DNA of 64,000 nucleotides, taken from positions 472-64,471 of IMG/VR virus record IMGVR_UViG_3300048577_000544; one strand, 5' to 3'. The notes beneath the pieces were generated by a model. It was given only the letters and a program-made list of their open reading frames with translations. It was not told the origin of the DNA and searched no databases. Of this stretch, positions 17,684-26,667 are shown piece after piece (the stretch's first letter is position 1; every line of letters begins with the position of its first letter). The position numbers were made by a program, and so were the translations under genes. The DNA comes from a virus.

Positions 17684-18133
17684 ATGGACAAAGGAACTTG
17701 CATAAACGCAGGTGTTATGTCGGCTAACGATTTCTTCAAAGACCTAGACAGTTCTCTTAAAGAACAACTCAACAGAAAGAACAAAAAGAAACAGGACCTT
17801 GACAATCAAAGAGCAAAAGCGGGGAAGGACTCATGGCCCATTGTGAAAAATTATGCGAGCCGTTATAATCCTCGCGACAAGGTTATAGAGACGGAGGAAA
17901 GTAAAGAAATAAACTACGGATTTTCTGTAACAGTATATAGGAATGGTAAGAAATATTACAAGTTGTCCCTTGGAAAGGATGACTTTGAAATCCATGGAGA
18001 TGGTGCAACACAATTAATTGAAGATATCATGAATATGAAAGCCCCACCTCAGCCTAGTATCTATCGATGGGACAAAGTTGAATTTGAAAAGTTTCTCCAA
18101 CACTTGATAAAGTCTGCACTTGTCTTTGAGTAG
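17684..18133 (+). CDS. Hypothetical protein (AT-rich)
   Basis: 149-aa ORF with AAGGAG RBS and downstream terminator. Confidence 0.6.
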   Translation: MDKGTCINAGVMSANDFFKDLDSSLKEQLNRKNKKKQDLDNQRAKAGKDSWPIVKNYASRYNPRDKVIETEESKEINYGFSVTVYRNGKKYYKLSLGKDDFEIHGDGATQLIEDIMNMKAPPQPSIYRWDKVEFEKFLQHLIKSALVFE

Positions 18134-18153
18134 AAGACAGCAGGAACGATAAC

Positions 18154-18193
18154 AAAGCGCCCTCTGAGACGATTCGGGGGCGCTTTGTTTTTC
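18154..18193 (+). terminator. Intrinsic terminator
   Basis: AAAGCGCCC...GGGCGCTTT followed by T-run. Confidence 0.7.
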
Positions 18194-18265
18194 TCCTACA
18201 CGCCAACGTCCAAGGAACGATTTGAGATCAAAGCTATTGCCGGCCAGGGCCATGACGAAGACGCC

Positions 18266-18484
18266 CACGGCAAGGATGTCGAGGCGCTACTTCTGGCCGT
18301 CGTCAGGCTTCTAGCCGCTGACCAGCCGCTTCCATCGTTCAACCGCGACCATGCACTGATTGGCGAATGGTGCGACCATAGGGATTGCCACCTCAAGCCA
18401 GACCTTGTGCTTATGTATCGCAAGACACAAGATGGCTTCCTTGACCTAGTGCGACTCGGGTCACATAGCGGACTTGGGATGTAG
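18266..18484 (+). pseudogene. yafQ: YafQ-family mRNA interferase toxin, 5'-truncated, no antitoxin
   Basis: RDHALIGEW.DHRDCHLKPDLVLMYRK...LVRLGSHS is the YafQ signature; the N-terminus is replaced by terminator-derived sequence. Confidence 0.75.
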
Positions 18485-18893
18485 GCCGACAGCGATGAGT
18501 CGTTGCACAGGAACAGAACTGTGCAGTCACGCCGACGTCACGATCGGTCAGGGCAAAGTTGTCCTTGACGGCCATGCCCACGGGATGCGGATACACTACA
18601 CCCCCTCCCCGGTCATCAACACACGGATAGGGGAGGCTGATAACCCCCACCCCTATGCCCCCCAAGACGAGGATGGGACCCACGCTGTTTGTAGTACCTC
18701 CACCTTCAATTTTACCAACTTCCAGGAGTATCCAATGCGATTAAAAGACATCATCTGGCCGTGGGGTACGACATGGTCAGGCCTTGACAGGGTATCCCTC
18801 TGGGGACATTTATAACTGTAGTTGATAAATTGAAGATTGCTATGCACTTGACCGCCGGTTGAGCCGACAAAAAAAACACAACGAGGGTTACGC

Positions 18894-19235
18894 ATGAATA
18901 GGTTGGGATTTAAAACTTTTGTTGCCACGTCTGCGATTTTTTTAGGCTTACTTTTGGCCAATCGTGCCATGGCCAGCCAGGCAAGTAGCTACACTGAAAT
19001 GAATCTTGCGGATGGGCAGTGCGAACAAAATGCATATAATATTGCAACTGGCAAGGGCGTTACAAATATTGAAGTAAAAAATCCAATAGTAACATTTACT
19101 ACTGGACCGTACGAATGCGCCGCACGATGTATCTTAAAACATAACATTGTTTTTTTCTATTGCGTTGGCCCTGAATTTGATTACGCACATGGCATCGTTG
19201 AATATATGAAAAAAAATGGACAGTGGTTCCAATAA
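18894..19235 (+). CDS. Exported Cys-containing hypothetical protein
   Basis: Signal-peptide-like N-terminus (..ANRAMA-S); GAGG RBS. Confidence 0.6.
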   Translation: MNRLGFKTFVATSAIFLGLLLANRAMASQASSYTEMNLADGQCEQNAYNIATGKGVTNIEVKNPIVTFTTGPYECAARCILKHNIVFFYCVGPEFDYAHGIVEYMKKNGQWFQ

Positions 19236-19435
19236 ATTGACATTCCTCTTTGAGGTTTATCATACCCCTGGCCGCCATGAACCCATACCCGTGCGGGTAT
19301 CTCGGTGATAAGTTGAGCGACACGGCCATGTGTACGCGCCCCACGACCGTCCGATACGTCGAGCGCCCGACGATCTGACACCCAACAGGCGCGGCACCAG
19401 TTTGCCTGCGCCCCCTGTGCTGACGATGGTCTGCC

Positions 19436-19732
19436 CTACCGACGCACCGTCGCCCTCATCACTCCATCTTTTCCAAACTCAATTTGGCGCACCTCGACAA
19501 CTTGGCCAACCTCAAGGGTTTTACCTTGCCGGCAGTCCGCGCCATCAATGCGGGCTGTAAACCAATAGTCCTCGCCGTCCGGTTGAAAGCCGAAAGTACG
19601 GCAGTCCACAACCTCGGCCACGGTGCCCCGTACCCAGCCCCCCATGTCCTCTTGTGGGCGAAACAGGTAAAAGGCTGCGACGGCGGCCAGGGTGAAGAGA
19701 ACCACGCGACAGAGCAGGCGCGCGCGGATCAA
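19436..19732 (-). CDS. Membrane-anchored small beta protein
   Basis: N-terminal hydrophobic helix; coupled to the PLD gene. Confidence 0.5.
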   Translation of the reverse strand: MIRARLLCRVVLFTLAAVAAFYLFRPQEDMGGWVRGTVAEVVDCRTFGFQPDGEDYWFTARIDGADCRQGKTLEVGQVVEVRQIEFGKDGVMRATVRR

Positions 19733-20247
19733 TATGCCTCCGAATGCTCCCGGTGCTTCTGCCAGTTGTCCAGGTAGAGCTTGGCCAAGCCGACGTCTCG
19801 AATGATGAGGAGGTTTTCGGCGTTGGAGTTTTCCGCCGCCTTGGTGAAGTTGAACGATCCCGTGATTAATGTCTGCCCGTCGATTACCATCACCTTGTTA
19901 TGCGCGATGGCGTGGGCCGCGTCTATGTAGACCGGGATGCCCTCGTTTTTTAGAAAGGTGGCCCCGGTGTAGGTCGCCGTTCGCTGTGATTTGTCCAAGA
20001 CCGCCTCAACCTTTACGCCGCGCTTCGACGCGTCCACCAGGGCCTTGGCTATTGGGGCGCTCGTAAAACTATACGCCTGCACATAAACGCTTTGCTTGGC
20101 CTGCCCTATGGCGTCAACAATGGCATCCTGTGCGCCACCCTTAGGGCTGAAATAAACGCTGACAGGGGTGTCGTGAAGGGTGAGGTCGTAGGCAAAGGCC
20201 GGTGACCACGGCAGGACGAGACAGAGGACAAGGAGAAGGCGCTTCAT
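19729..20247 (-). CDS. Exported phospholipase D-family nuclease (Nuc-like)
   Basis: Signal peptide; single HKD motif AHNKVMVID..TGSFNFT..NAEN. Confidence 0.9.
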   Translation of the reverse strand: MKRLLLVLCLVLPWSPAFAYDLTLHDTPVSVYFSPKGGAQDAIVDAIGQAKQSVYVQAYSFTSAPIAKALVDASKRGVKVEAVLDKSQRTATYTGATFLKNEGIPVYIDAAHAIAHNKVMVIDGQTLITGSFNFTKAAENSNAENLLIIRDVGLAKLYLDNWQKHREHSEAY

Positions 20248-20253
20248 ACTCAC

Positions 20254-20526
20254 CTACTTCAGATTGTGCTTGGTGCGATAGGCTTGAACCATCTGGTCGG
20301 AAACGTCCTTAGGGTAACAGAGAGGAGAACGACCGCCCGGCTTGCTGTAGGCGCTTCGACCGCCACAGCTTCGGCCATTTTTCATGGTGTTGTACGGACA
20401 AGGGCAGTTGCCGGGGTAGGATTGGAGCGACTCCTTGATTATGACGTCACGAATCTCGGCGTCAGTCACGGCAAAAGACAAAACGGGGATAGCGACCAAG
20501 ATGATGGTCAGAAGCAATCTTTTCAT
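20254..20526 (-). CDS. Exported small Cys-rich protein
   Basis: Signal peptide; GNCPCPY...GRSCGGRSAYSKPGG..PLCY. Confidence 0.7.
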   Translation of the reverse strand: MKRLLLTIILVAIPVLSFAVTDAEIRDVIIKESLQSYPGNCPCPYNTMKNGRSCGGRSAYSKPGGRSPLCYPKDVSDQMVQAYRTKHNLK

Positions 20527-20554
20527 GTTTTCGGCCTGGAGAAACTTTTCATAG

Positions 20555-21253
20555 TTATTTTTTAATTATAATGTTGACTTGCTGCTGTTGCTGTTGTTGC
20601 TGCGCCTGCACAGGTACATAAATTCTTGTTGGCGGTGGCGGTGGTGCCTCATATACGACACACCTAATCGCAGGGTCAGCCGCTACAATTTTTCCGTCTG
20701 CATTCTTAAAATAAAAAATGCCCTCGTAGTACCCTTCGTTCTTATTTATAAACTGAACATAACTCTTGTCTCTTTCTATCCACGGCTTATCTGCATCGCC
20801 TAACCACCAAATCCCTTTTCTTTGGTCTTTGGCTTCTTGTTCCGCATGTATAATGTTTTCACAGTCTTTTAGCGTACAATTATTACCCAAAACCATAGCC
20901 ATCCCCTCTTTAACGACGAGGTGGTTCATTGAAACATTATCTTTAAACACAAAGGCTTGAACCCTGCCGAAAACATCGTATCCTTTTTTAGCCGGCACAA
21001 TATGTATATAAGTGTTTGTTCTTTTCATCTCGCTAGAGAGAAATTCCCTTGCAGTGTCAAACCCTAACTGCCCTTCGTCTGGTGCATCTATTCCATAGAG
21101 TCGGACAATGACCGGAGAATCCGTTTTTTCTTCCCTAACTAATAATGTATCGCCAGAGATGGCTTTCTCGAAGACAGCTATAAAAGCGTGAGCTTTTGAC
21201 CCGCTCAATAACACCAGTAATAGTGCTGAAATAAAACAAGATATTGTTCGCAT
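20555..21253 (-). CDS. Exported thermonuclease (SNase) family protein
   Basis: Signal peptide; SGDTL, VRLYGIDAPD, DVFGRVQA, EQEAK..RKGIW. Confidence 0.85.
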   Translation of the reverse strand: MRTISCFISALLLVLLSGSKAHAFIAVFEKAISGDTLLVREEKTDSPVIVRLYGIDAPDEGQLGFDTAREFLSSEMKRTNTYIHIVPAKKGYDVFGRVQAFVFKDNVSMNHLVVKEGMAMVLGNNCTLKDCENIIHAEQEAKDQRKGIWWLGDADKPWIERDKSYVQFINKNEGYYEGIFYFKNADGKIVAADPAIRCVVYEAPPPPPTRIYVPVQAQQQQQQQQVNIIIKK

Positions 21254-21847
21254 GTTGAATTTAACCCTTTTAAAAACGGTTATGGTTCTAGTCTCTATTG
21301 TTTTTTATTTACCTGCAATGTCTGCCCACGCCCACACGCAACGCCCGACAATCGCCCCGCCTTCCTGCCCTGGCTCCCGGACCAAGAAAGATGCCCCCGG
21401 AGTTGAAGGCCTCAGACATTCCTCTCTATCCCCCTTGGCGAGAATGCCGATCCAGGACAGCCACTAGCCTCCCAAAAAAACTTTCTCTGAACAGTGAAAA
21501 GTGTACCCCATCCAAGACTACGCGATATCCTTAGGCTTGCCAACGATTGGGTGGGCGGCTACCAACAGGGAGGGACACGGAGGAGGTAAACGCACTTCTG
21601 CGAAGCGCTTTGCGAGTCCAATCCCTGCGACCCCAGGTTGCCAGGATTACCTTGGCTGGTGGCTAAACCAGTTCGCTGGAAAGTCAACGAGCGTGAGGCT
21701 GGGACATTTTGATGGGAGCGCATCCTCCAAATAGGAGAGCATCTACACAGCGCCACATCTGAAGTAATGTCGAAGGGCTTTTTCAACTGAGACCAGAAGT
21801 CGACTTTTCGACAATGGAATATTTTGCCTCCCCACGGTTGAAATCGT

Positions 21848-22618
21848 ATGCCACACGATGATTTACAAGGCCATCTCGCAAATATTTCAAGCAGTTGTGC
21901 CCTTGAATTACTTGAAATTACCGCAAAATGCCTGCATTGCGATTCAGAAAATGATTATAGGCATATATTCACGCTACTTAAAAACCTTATACCATTCGAC
22001 AAATCGACATCAGGCCTTGCAAGCTTAAACAACAACGATATTGTATCATATGAACTTATCAATATTAATTACCCGAATGAATGGTTAAAAATCTATAAAG
22101 AAAACGACTTCAACAAAATTGATGTCATTGTGCAAAATCATTTTACACATTTTACTCCGCAGTATTGGGATTTTACCTACAAGAAGTTCAAGCAATCCCC
22201 AAAAATTGCATCATTGGCGTCTGATTTTGGCATCATACACGGATATACCTTTGGAATGAGGCCGTTCGGTTTTTGCAAAACGGCAAGTCTTTACTCTTTT
22301 TCTGGAAAATTCAACACATATGATTCGAGAGTAATATCCATTTTACAAACAGTAGTCCCTCACATACATTTAGCCTCATCGCGCATAGTTGAAGAGCGCA
22401 GAATTGAATGCAACAAAAAGGTGTTATCAAGACGTGAAAATGAAGTCCTAAAATGGTTAAAGAGAGGGAAAAGTTCATGGGACATCTCTGTAATACTTGA
22501 GATAGGCGAGAGCACTGTCAACTTCCACATTTACAATATCATGAAAAAACTTGATGTTGTAAACCGCCCCCAAGCTATTGCGGTGGCAACTCATCTTGGG
22601 CTACTTGATATTGATTAA
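21848..22618 (+). CDS. luxR: LuxR-family autoinducer-binding transcriptional regulator
   Basis: NYPNEWLKIYKENDFNKIDVIV (W, Y, D of the AHL pocket); C-terminal LSRRENEVLKWLKRGKSSWDISVILEIGESTVNFH. Confidence 0.9.
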   Translation: MPHDDLQGHLANISSSCALELLEITAKCLHCDSENDYRHIFTLLKNLIPFDKSTSGLASLNNNDIVSYELININYPNEWLKIYKENDFNKIDVIVQNHFTHFTPQYWDFTYKKFKQSPKIASLASDFGIIHGYTFGMRPFGFCKTASLYSFSGKFNTYDSRVISILQTVVPHIHLASSRIVEERRIECNKKVLSRRENEVLKWLKRGKSSWDISVILEIGESTVNFHIYNIMKKLDVVNRPQAIAVATHLGLLDID

Positions 22619-23282
22619 ACCAAGCTATCAACTCAGGCTTTTGAAGAAGATTTCTGTCCTCGAAGTCTCTCCAGTCCATTATTGCCGCAGCAGCCACAAT
22701 ACCATCTGACATTCTCGTGGGTTCACCAATCAGTGCACACGGAAATCCAAGCATTTTTAAAAGCCTAAACACTTTATATTCAACCACTAGATATAAATAT
22801 CGAACATTGAACTCAGCACACCATTGATAAACGCGGCGATATAGAAACATTGACACGCCAAGTTGTCCTATATCAGTGCAAAACCTTGTCGAACGTTCAT
22901 CAAAATCCACACATAAACGAGAAACTTCACGTGTGTCACTGTCTTTTCTAAGGACATACCCTGGAGATACCAAGTTAGAAAATTCTTTTTCCAACATAAA
23001 CCGGTAATCAGGCGTGACAAGTCGCAGATACGACAGAATGTTCGTATTTTTAAAAACTCCAAAATGCTCTGCATATTTATCATAAGCATCTTGTTCAAGG
23101 CCATTATCGTTTTGCTGCACCCACCCCAACTCTTCAGCAAACACCTTGTGGCGCAATTCATACGCAAGCGTTATCGTGTCGTCACAAATGACACGTGCGT
23201 CCACTTTGCATACAGATTCCAAACCTTGTTCATATCCACCCCCACTCTTCAGATACTCATTGCTTCTAGACTCTATCAGCAT
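22575..23282 (-). CDS. luxI: LuxI-family acyl-homoserine lactone synthase
   Basis: LRHKVFAEELGW (R, F, W), EQDAYD, YLRL, EVSRL; AAGGAGG RBS; 3' end overlaps luxR by 44 bp. Confidence 0.85.
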   Translation of the reverse strand: MLIESRSNEYLKSGGGYEQGLESVCKVDARVICDDTITLAYELRHKVFAEELGWVQQNDNGLEQDAYDKYAEHFGVFKNTNILSYLRLVTPDYRFMLEKEFSNLVSPGYVLRKDSDTREVSRLCVDFDERSTRFCTDIGQLGVSMFLYRRVYQWCAEFNVRYLYLVVEYKVFRLLKMLGFPCALIGEPTRMSDGIVAAAAIMDWRDFEDRNLLQKPELIAWFNQYQVAQDELPPQ

Positions 23283-23582
23283 GTGTGCCTCCTTTGGTCA
23301 CACAGAGATAAATCAAATTATATAAAAAAAATATCTATGATTTCTTATAGTTGCCTTACCAAATTCTAATATGCTATATTTTTAAGTTTATCCATTAAAG
23401 AACGATGCTCATTCACTTATGGAGTACAAACCATTGATATCCACATCAACAACAGGGGTTGAAATACAAATTCCCACGAATTATACAGAAGTCCAATCAC
23501 AACTAGGTGTACACAGCTGAAACAGACCACTGGCCTCTCCTTAGTCCGCGTCGATACCCCCCCTCCTCCCGTACCTAGGCAT

Positions 23583-23602
23583 ACCTATAACTTCTTCTAG
23601 TT
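23583..23602. promoter_or_regulatory. Candidate lux box (ACCT-N12-AGTT)
   Basis: ACCTATAACTTCTTCTAGTT fits the 20-bp CT-N12-AG consensus, in the spacer between luxI and a divergent small ORF. Confidence 0.35.
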
Positions 23603-23884
23603 GTCCCCAGAATTTTTTTTCTCTATTCGTGCTATAAATTTGTACACAGGAATTTACACCACATTAAACAATATAGCATTTGATACAACACACAGCATTA
23701 TCAGGTTAAGTCTTTGCCTGTCACTTATATAGCGATTATAAATAACCTTGAAATCAGTAAATTTTCAATAAGTTTTGATTTATATAATACGACTCTCATA
23801 AATGAAATACATAAACGCCAATTGTCTAAGCATTTCACTATAAAAGATGGCAAGATGCATGTAAAACATACTTAGGAGTTTGCC

Positions 23885-24091
23885 ATGAACAAAGCAAGGT
23901 GCATTAACCCTTTTGCTTCGAAATTCTTAAAGCCTATTATTTCTCAGAGTCAGAAAATGCTATTACTGAGGTACGAATGCGAAGATGGGAGCATGGGAAG
24001 TATTGGGATAAAAGAAGAAGCAATCGATACTTTGTACAGCGCTATTAACGAGGCGTTAGAAACTGGATGGCAGTCAAAACAATGTAAATAG
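23885..24091 (+). CDS. Small hypothetical protein divergent from luxI
   Basis: 68 aa, AGGAG RBS. Confidence 0.6.
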   Translation: MNKARCINPFASKFLKPIISQSQKMLLLRYECEDGSMGSIGIKEEAIDTLYSAINEALETGWQSKQCK

Positions 24092-24318
24092 CTATATTGT
24101 GTATATTTGGTGTTGATTGCGTTTATCAACGCCATTGCGCTGTCGTGCGCCCACCGGAGAAGGCGGCCCCTTGCCGTATTGAGCTTATTTTTTTCTTGAG
24201 AGGTCGTAAGGGCTAGGCAGGGCTTGGTGTTGAGTGCGAACCTCGGCAGGGAGGGCGACACGAGGCGGGGACATGGGCAAAGTCATAACACCTGCCTTCA
24301 CGGGCTTACACATTCCAT

Positions 24319-24340
24319 ACTGCCCCCATAACTGCCACCA
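24319..24340. repeat. Direct repeat ACTGCCCCCA/ACTGCCACCA, candidate integrase arm sites
   Basis: Two 10-mers 12 bp apart next to the att fragment; resemble the TGGGGGCA/TA-type arms of P4-like islands. Confidence 0.4.
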
Positions 24341-24349
24341 AAACAAAAA

Positions 24350-24389
24350 AAACAAAGAAAAAGGCACCTAGGTTTCAACCTAAGTGCCT
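24350..24389 (-). terminator. Hairpin/terminator downstream of the tRNA fragment
   Basis: AGGCACTTAGG...CCTAGGTGCCT followed by a T-rich run on the - strand. Confidence 0.65.
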
Positions 24390-24397
24390 GAATTTCC

Positions 24398-24442
24398 TGG
24401 AGCCAGCGAAGTGACTCGAACACTCGACCTGCTGATTACGAA
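24398..24442 (-). tRNA. 3' fragment of tRNA-Thr(CGT), att core duplication (not an intact tRNA)
   Basis: Reverse complement TTCGTAATCAGCAGGTCGAGTGTTCGAGTCACTTCGCTGGCTCCA: anticodon loop CGT, T-arm GAGTG-TTCGAGT-CACTT, acceptor strand and CCA; 5' half absent. Confidence 0.85.
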
Positions 24443-24519
24443 GGAAACGGGGGTTGGCTTACTACCTAGCGATCCAATGGGGGTGGGTGCATTCTGGTTA
24501 CAAGCGTCAGCCTGATTCG

Positions 24520-25563
24520 CTATTTCACGCTCCGGATGCTTCCCGTTAAATCCAACGCGCCAAACGACACTCGGGCTGCTTCCTCTTCCAGGTAGCCAGG
24601 CGTCAGGTCCGAATAGTAGCGCTCGGTCGTCGTGTAGTCCGCATGCCCGAGGAGTTCCTTGAGGGCGTAGAGGTTGCCGCCATTGTTTAGATACTCCACG
24701 CCAAATGACACGCGAAGGCCTTGCAGTGACACATCTGGATACCCTGCTGCTTTGAGATAGAACTTGGCCTTGTCCGAAATCGTGTCGACATGAACATGCG
24801 GCAGCAGATAGGCTTCCGGGTCCGTAAACGGGCCGAAGGCCTCGAACGCAGCCACCCCAGCCGTGGTCATGGGATACCAACGCTTGGACTCGTCCGTCTT
24901 CGAGTCTACGATCTGATAACGCTTCGTCTCCATATCCACGTGCTTGACCTTGATCCCGAGCAGTTCCTTGCGTCGTCTGCCCGTGGCGCAATAAAGCGCC
25001 AACACGCGACGCCAGATGATGTCCTCGATGGACATGAGAAACTTCGAGAAGGTGCCGGGTTGTAGATGTGGACGTATCTCGGGTTTGCGCTTCTTGATCT
25101 TGATCGCGGCGAAAGGATTGGTTTTGACGTACTCCCAATCCACGGCCACTTTGAGAGCGGCCTTGCAATGACGCAGATAGGTGTCGATAGATCGTTGCGA
25201 GCATTTGCGTTTCCTGCATGCCGCTACGAGCAGATCGATATGTTTACGCCCAAGACGATCAAGGTGGATCGTTCGCCCCGCCACATTGATGAGCTGGTCC
25301 AGGGCCAGTCTGTTGGCCCGACCGGTCGAATCCGTTTGGCCGCCTTTCTCGGCCCACGCAACAAGCTCATCCCTATAGTCGCCAAGAGACTTATCAGAGC
25401 CCTTGTCCATGAGCACAAGGTGCCCCATGGCCATCTCGCGTTGCAGGATGACAAATCGGCGTTCGGCTTCCTTGGCGTCTTTGGTACGCAGTGATCGCCT
25501 TTTCCCGCGATCGAACTCAACGTACCACGTGCCACCGGCCTCTTCTCGTGGGTATATCCGCAT
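24520..25563 (-). CDS. Prophage tyrosine integrase
   Basis: ATGRRRKEL (R), DSKT (K), QGLR (HxLR variant), LLGH..YTTTERYY (H, Y); ends 78 bp from att. Confidence 0.92.
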   Translation of the reverse strand: MRIYPREEAGGTWYVEFDRGKRRSLRTKDAKEAERRFVILQREMAMGHLVLMDKGSDKSLGDYRDELVAWAEKGGQTDSTGRANRLALDQLINVAGRTIHLDRLGRKHIDLLVAACRKRKCSQRSIDTYLRHCKAALKVAVDWEYVKTNPFAAIKIKKRKPEIRPHLQPGTFSKFLMSIEDIIWRRVLALYCATGRRRKELLGIKVKHVDMETKRYQIVDSKTDESKRWYPMTTAGVAAFEAFGPFTDPEAYLLPHVHVDTISDKAKFYLKAAGYPDVSLQGLRVSFGVEYLNNGGNLYALKELLGHADYTTTERYYSDLTPGYLEEEAARVSFGALDLTGSIRSVK

Positions 25564-25567
25564 GTGC

Positions 25568-25819
25568 TCATGATGTACGCATCCCCTTGAGGATATCAAG
25601 TGCGACGTTGCGGTCGGCGTCCTGCAGGGATGGAGCCTCAAGACTGTCCCTGTCGATACGCCGGTGCCCGCCGGGCGTTGTCCGGACATTGACGAGCCTC
25701 CTGTCAGCCATTTCGCGCATGGTGTTGGGGCAGCAGCCATAGAGATAGGCGGCAAGGGATACGGCTACCCAACGACGGCCATCGTCCCTGATCTCCCGTG
25801 GACTGGTTACGCGTGGCAT
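25568..25819 (-). CDS. Excisionase (MerR-like HTH)
   Basis: AAYLYGCCPNTMREMADRRLVNVRTTPGGHRRIDRDSL; directly upstream of int. Confidence 0.85.
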   Translation of the reverse strand: MPRVTSPREIRDDGRRWVAVSLAAYLYGCCPNTMREMADRRLVNVRTTPGGHRRIDRDSLEAPSLQDADRNVALDILKGMRTS

Positions 25820-26667
25820 GCCGCCTCCTTTGTCGTTTCAACGCCGCCGACGTTCACCGTCGAGGCGACCGGTTCCGGGTCGAATTCGATGCGCCATACC
25901 CAGGGGTTTTTCTCGAACAGGTCGCCGTCCGGTTTCAGATTCCAGTTGGGGCCGGCGTAGCATTCGTTGACGTAGTTGGCGAAAGCGGAGCGCGGCGACG
26001 GCAGGCACTGGTCCGATGTTTTGGGGAACGGATCGCGCAGGGACCAGCCAGGCAATTGCTGACCATACCGATTGCGGCCGAAATCCACGAACCGCGCGCC
26101 CTCGGCGATGGCATCCTCATCAGTGATGTCCTTGAGGCGTTCGGCGCGGATAGAGACGATGGGCAGGACAAGGCGGCAGGCCCAACGGGGCATATGGATG
26201 GACGGTCGTGATCTCCAGAAATATTCCCCGCACATAGGGAACCACTTTCGGTCCTCGTGAAACCCTTCCGGCGTACCCCAGTCGTTCTTCCCCATCACAG
26301 GAGGAACGCCATCGGTTGCATACCAAGCTACCATGGCTGCATGCCACCCACTCCAGTCGTCGTCCTCGGGATATGTACTGAAGGAGTAGCCCGCATCGTA
26401 GAAGGCTTCCCGCACCCAAATCCGGTCGCCAGGAGCGTACGGACGCCGGAACGGCTCCGTACTGTTCCAGCAGCCCCCGATGCGGGCGTAATACGCCGCA
26501 CCCTTTTTCGGCGCGCCAGTGCAGTAATCGTCCACTGACTCGACATAGGGTAGGCGCGTCTTGCATTCATGTGGCTGCGGCTTGATCACGCGCCGTGTCA
26601 CGCGCTTGCGCTTGGCCAGTATCGCCCGCACCATGTCGGCCTTGAAGAGGATTCCCGTCTCTTTCAT
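25807..26667 (-). CDS. Conserved phage protein (ASCH/PUA-like)
   Basis: ILFK..MVRAIL...K..TRR, PY.PGDRIWVRE, W.S.PSIHMPRWA.R, ERL.DIT.EDA.AEG, NPWVW.IEF. Confidence 0.75.
   Translation of the reverse strand: MKETGILFKADMVRAILAKRKRVTRRVIKPQPHECKTRLPYVESVDDYCTGAPKKGAAYYARIGGCWNSTEPFRRPYAPGDRIWVREAFYDAGYSFSTYPEDDDWSGWHAAMVAWYATDGVPPVMGKNDWGTPEGFHEDRKWFPMCGEYFWRSRPSIHMPRWACRLVLPIVSIRAERLKDITDEDAIAEGARFVDFGRNRYGQQLPGWSLRDPFPKTSDQCLPSPRSAFANYVNECYAGPNWNLKPDGDLFEKNPWVWRIEFDPEPVASTVNVGGVETTKEAACHA

Larger units (their letters stand above)
1..24397. mobile_element. Phage satellite / PICI-like integrative island with cargo (left boundary outside the window)
   Basis: Integrase, AlpA-like gene, primase-helicase, iterons, activator and TerS in one + strand block without capsid/portal/TerL; cargo follows; ends at tRNA-Thr fragment preceded by arm-like repeats. 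The right boundary is inferred. Confidence 0.65.

Noticed and set aside
18185-18484. Functional DinJ-YafQ toxin-antitoxin pair
   Set aside because: Toxin N-terminus is missing and no RelB/DinJ-like gene is adjacent.
22575-23282. PEP-CTERM/exosortase-associated acyltransferase instead of LuxI
   Set aside because: A related fold, but the convergent overlapping autoinducer-binding LuxR partner and LuxI motifs favour an AHL synthase; not fully excluded without an assay.
24398-24442. Intact tRNA gene
   Set aside because: The 5' acceptor strand, D-arm and 5' anticodon stem are missing.
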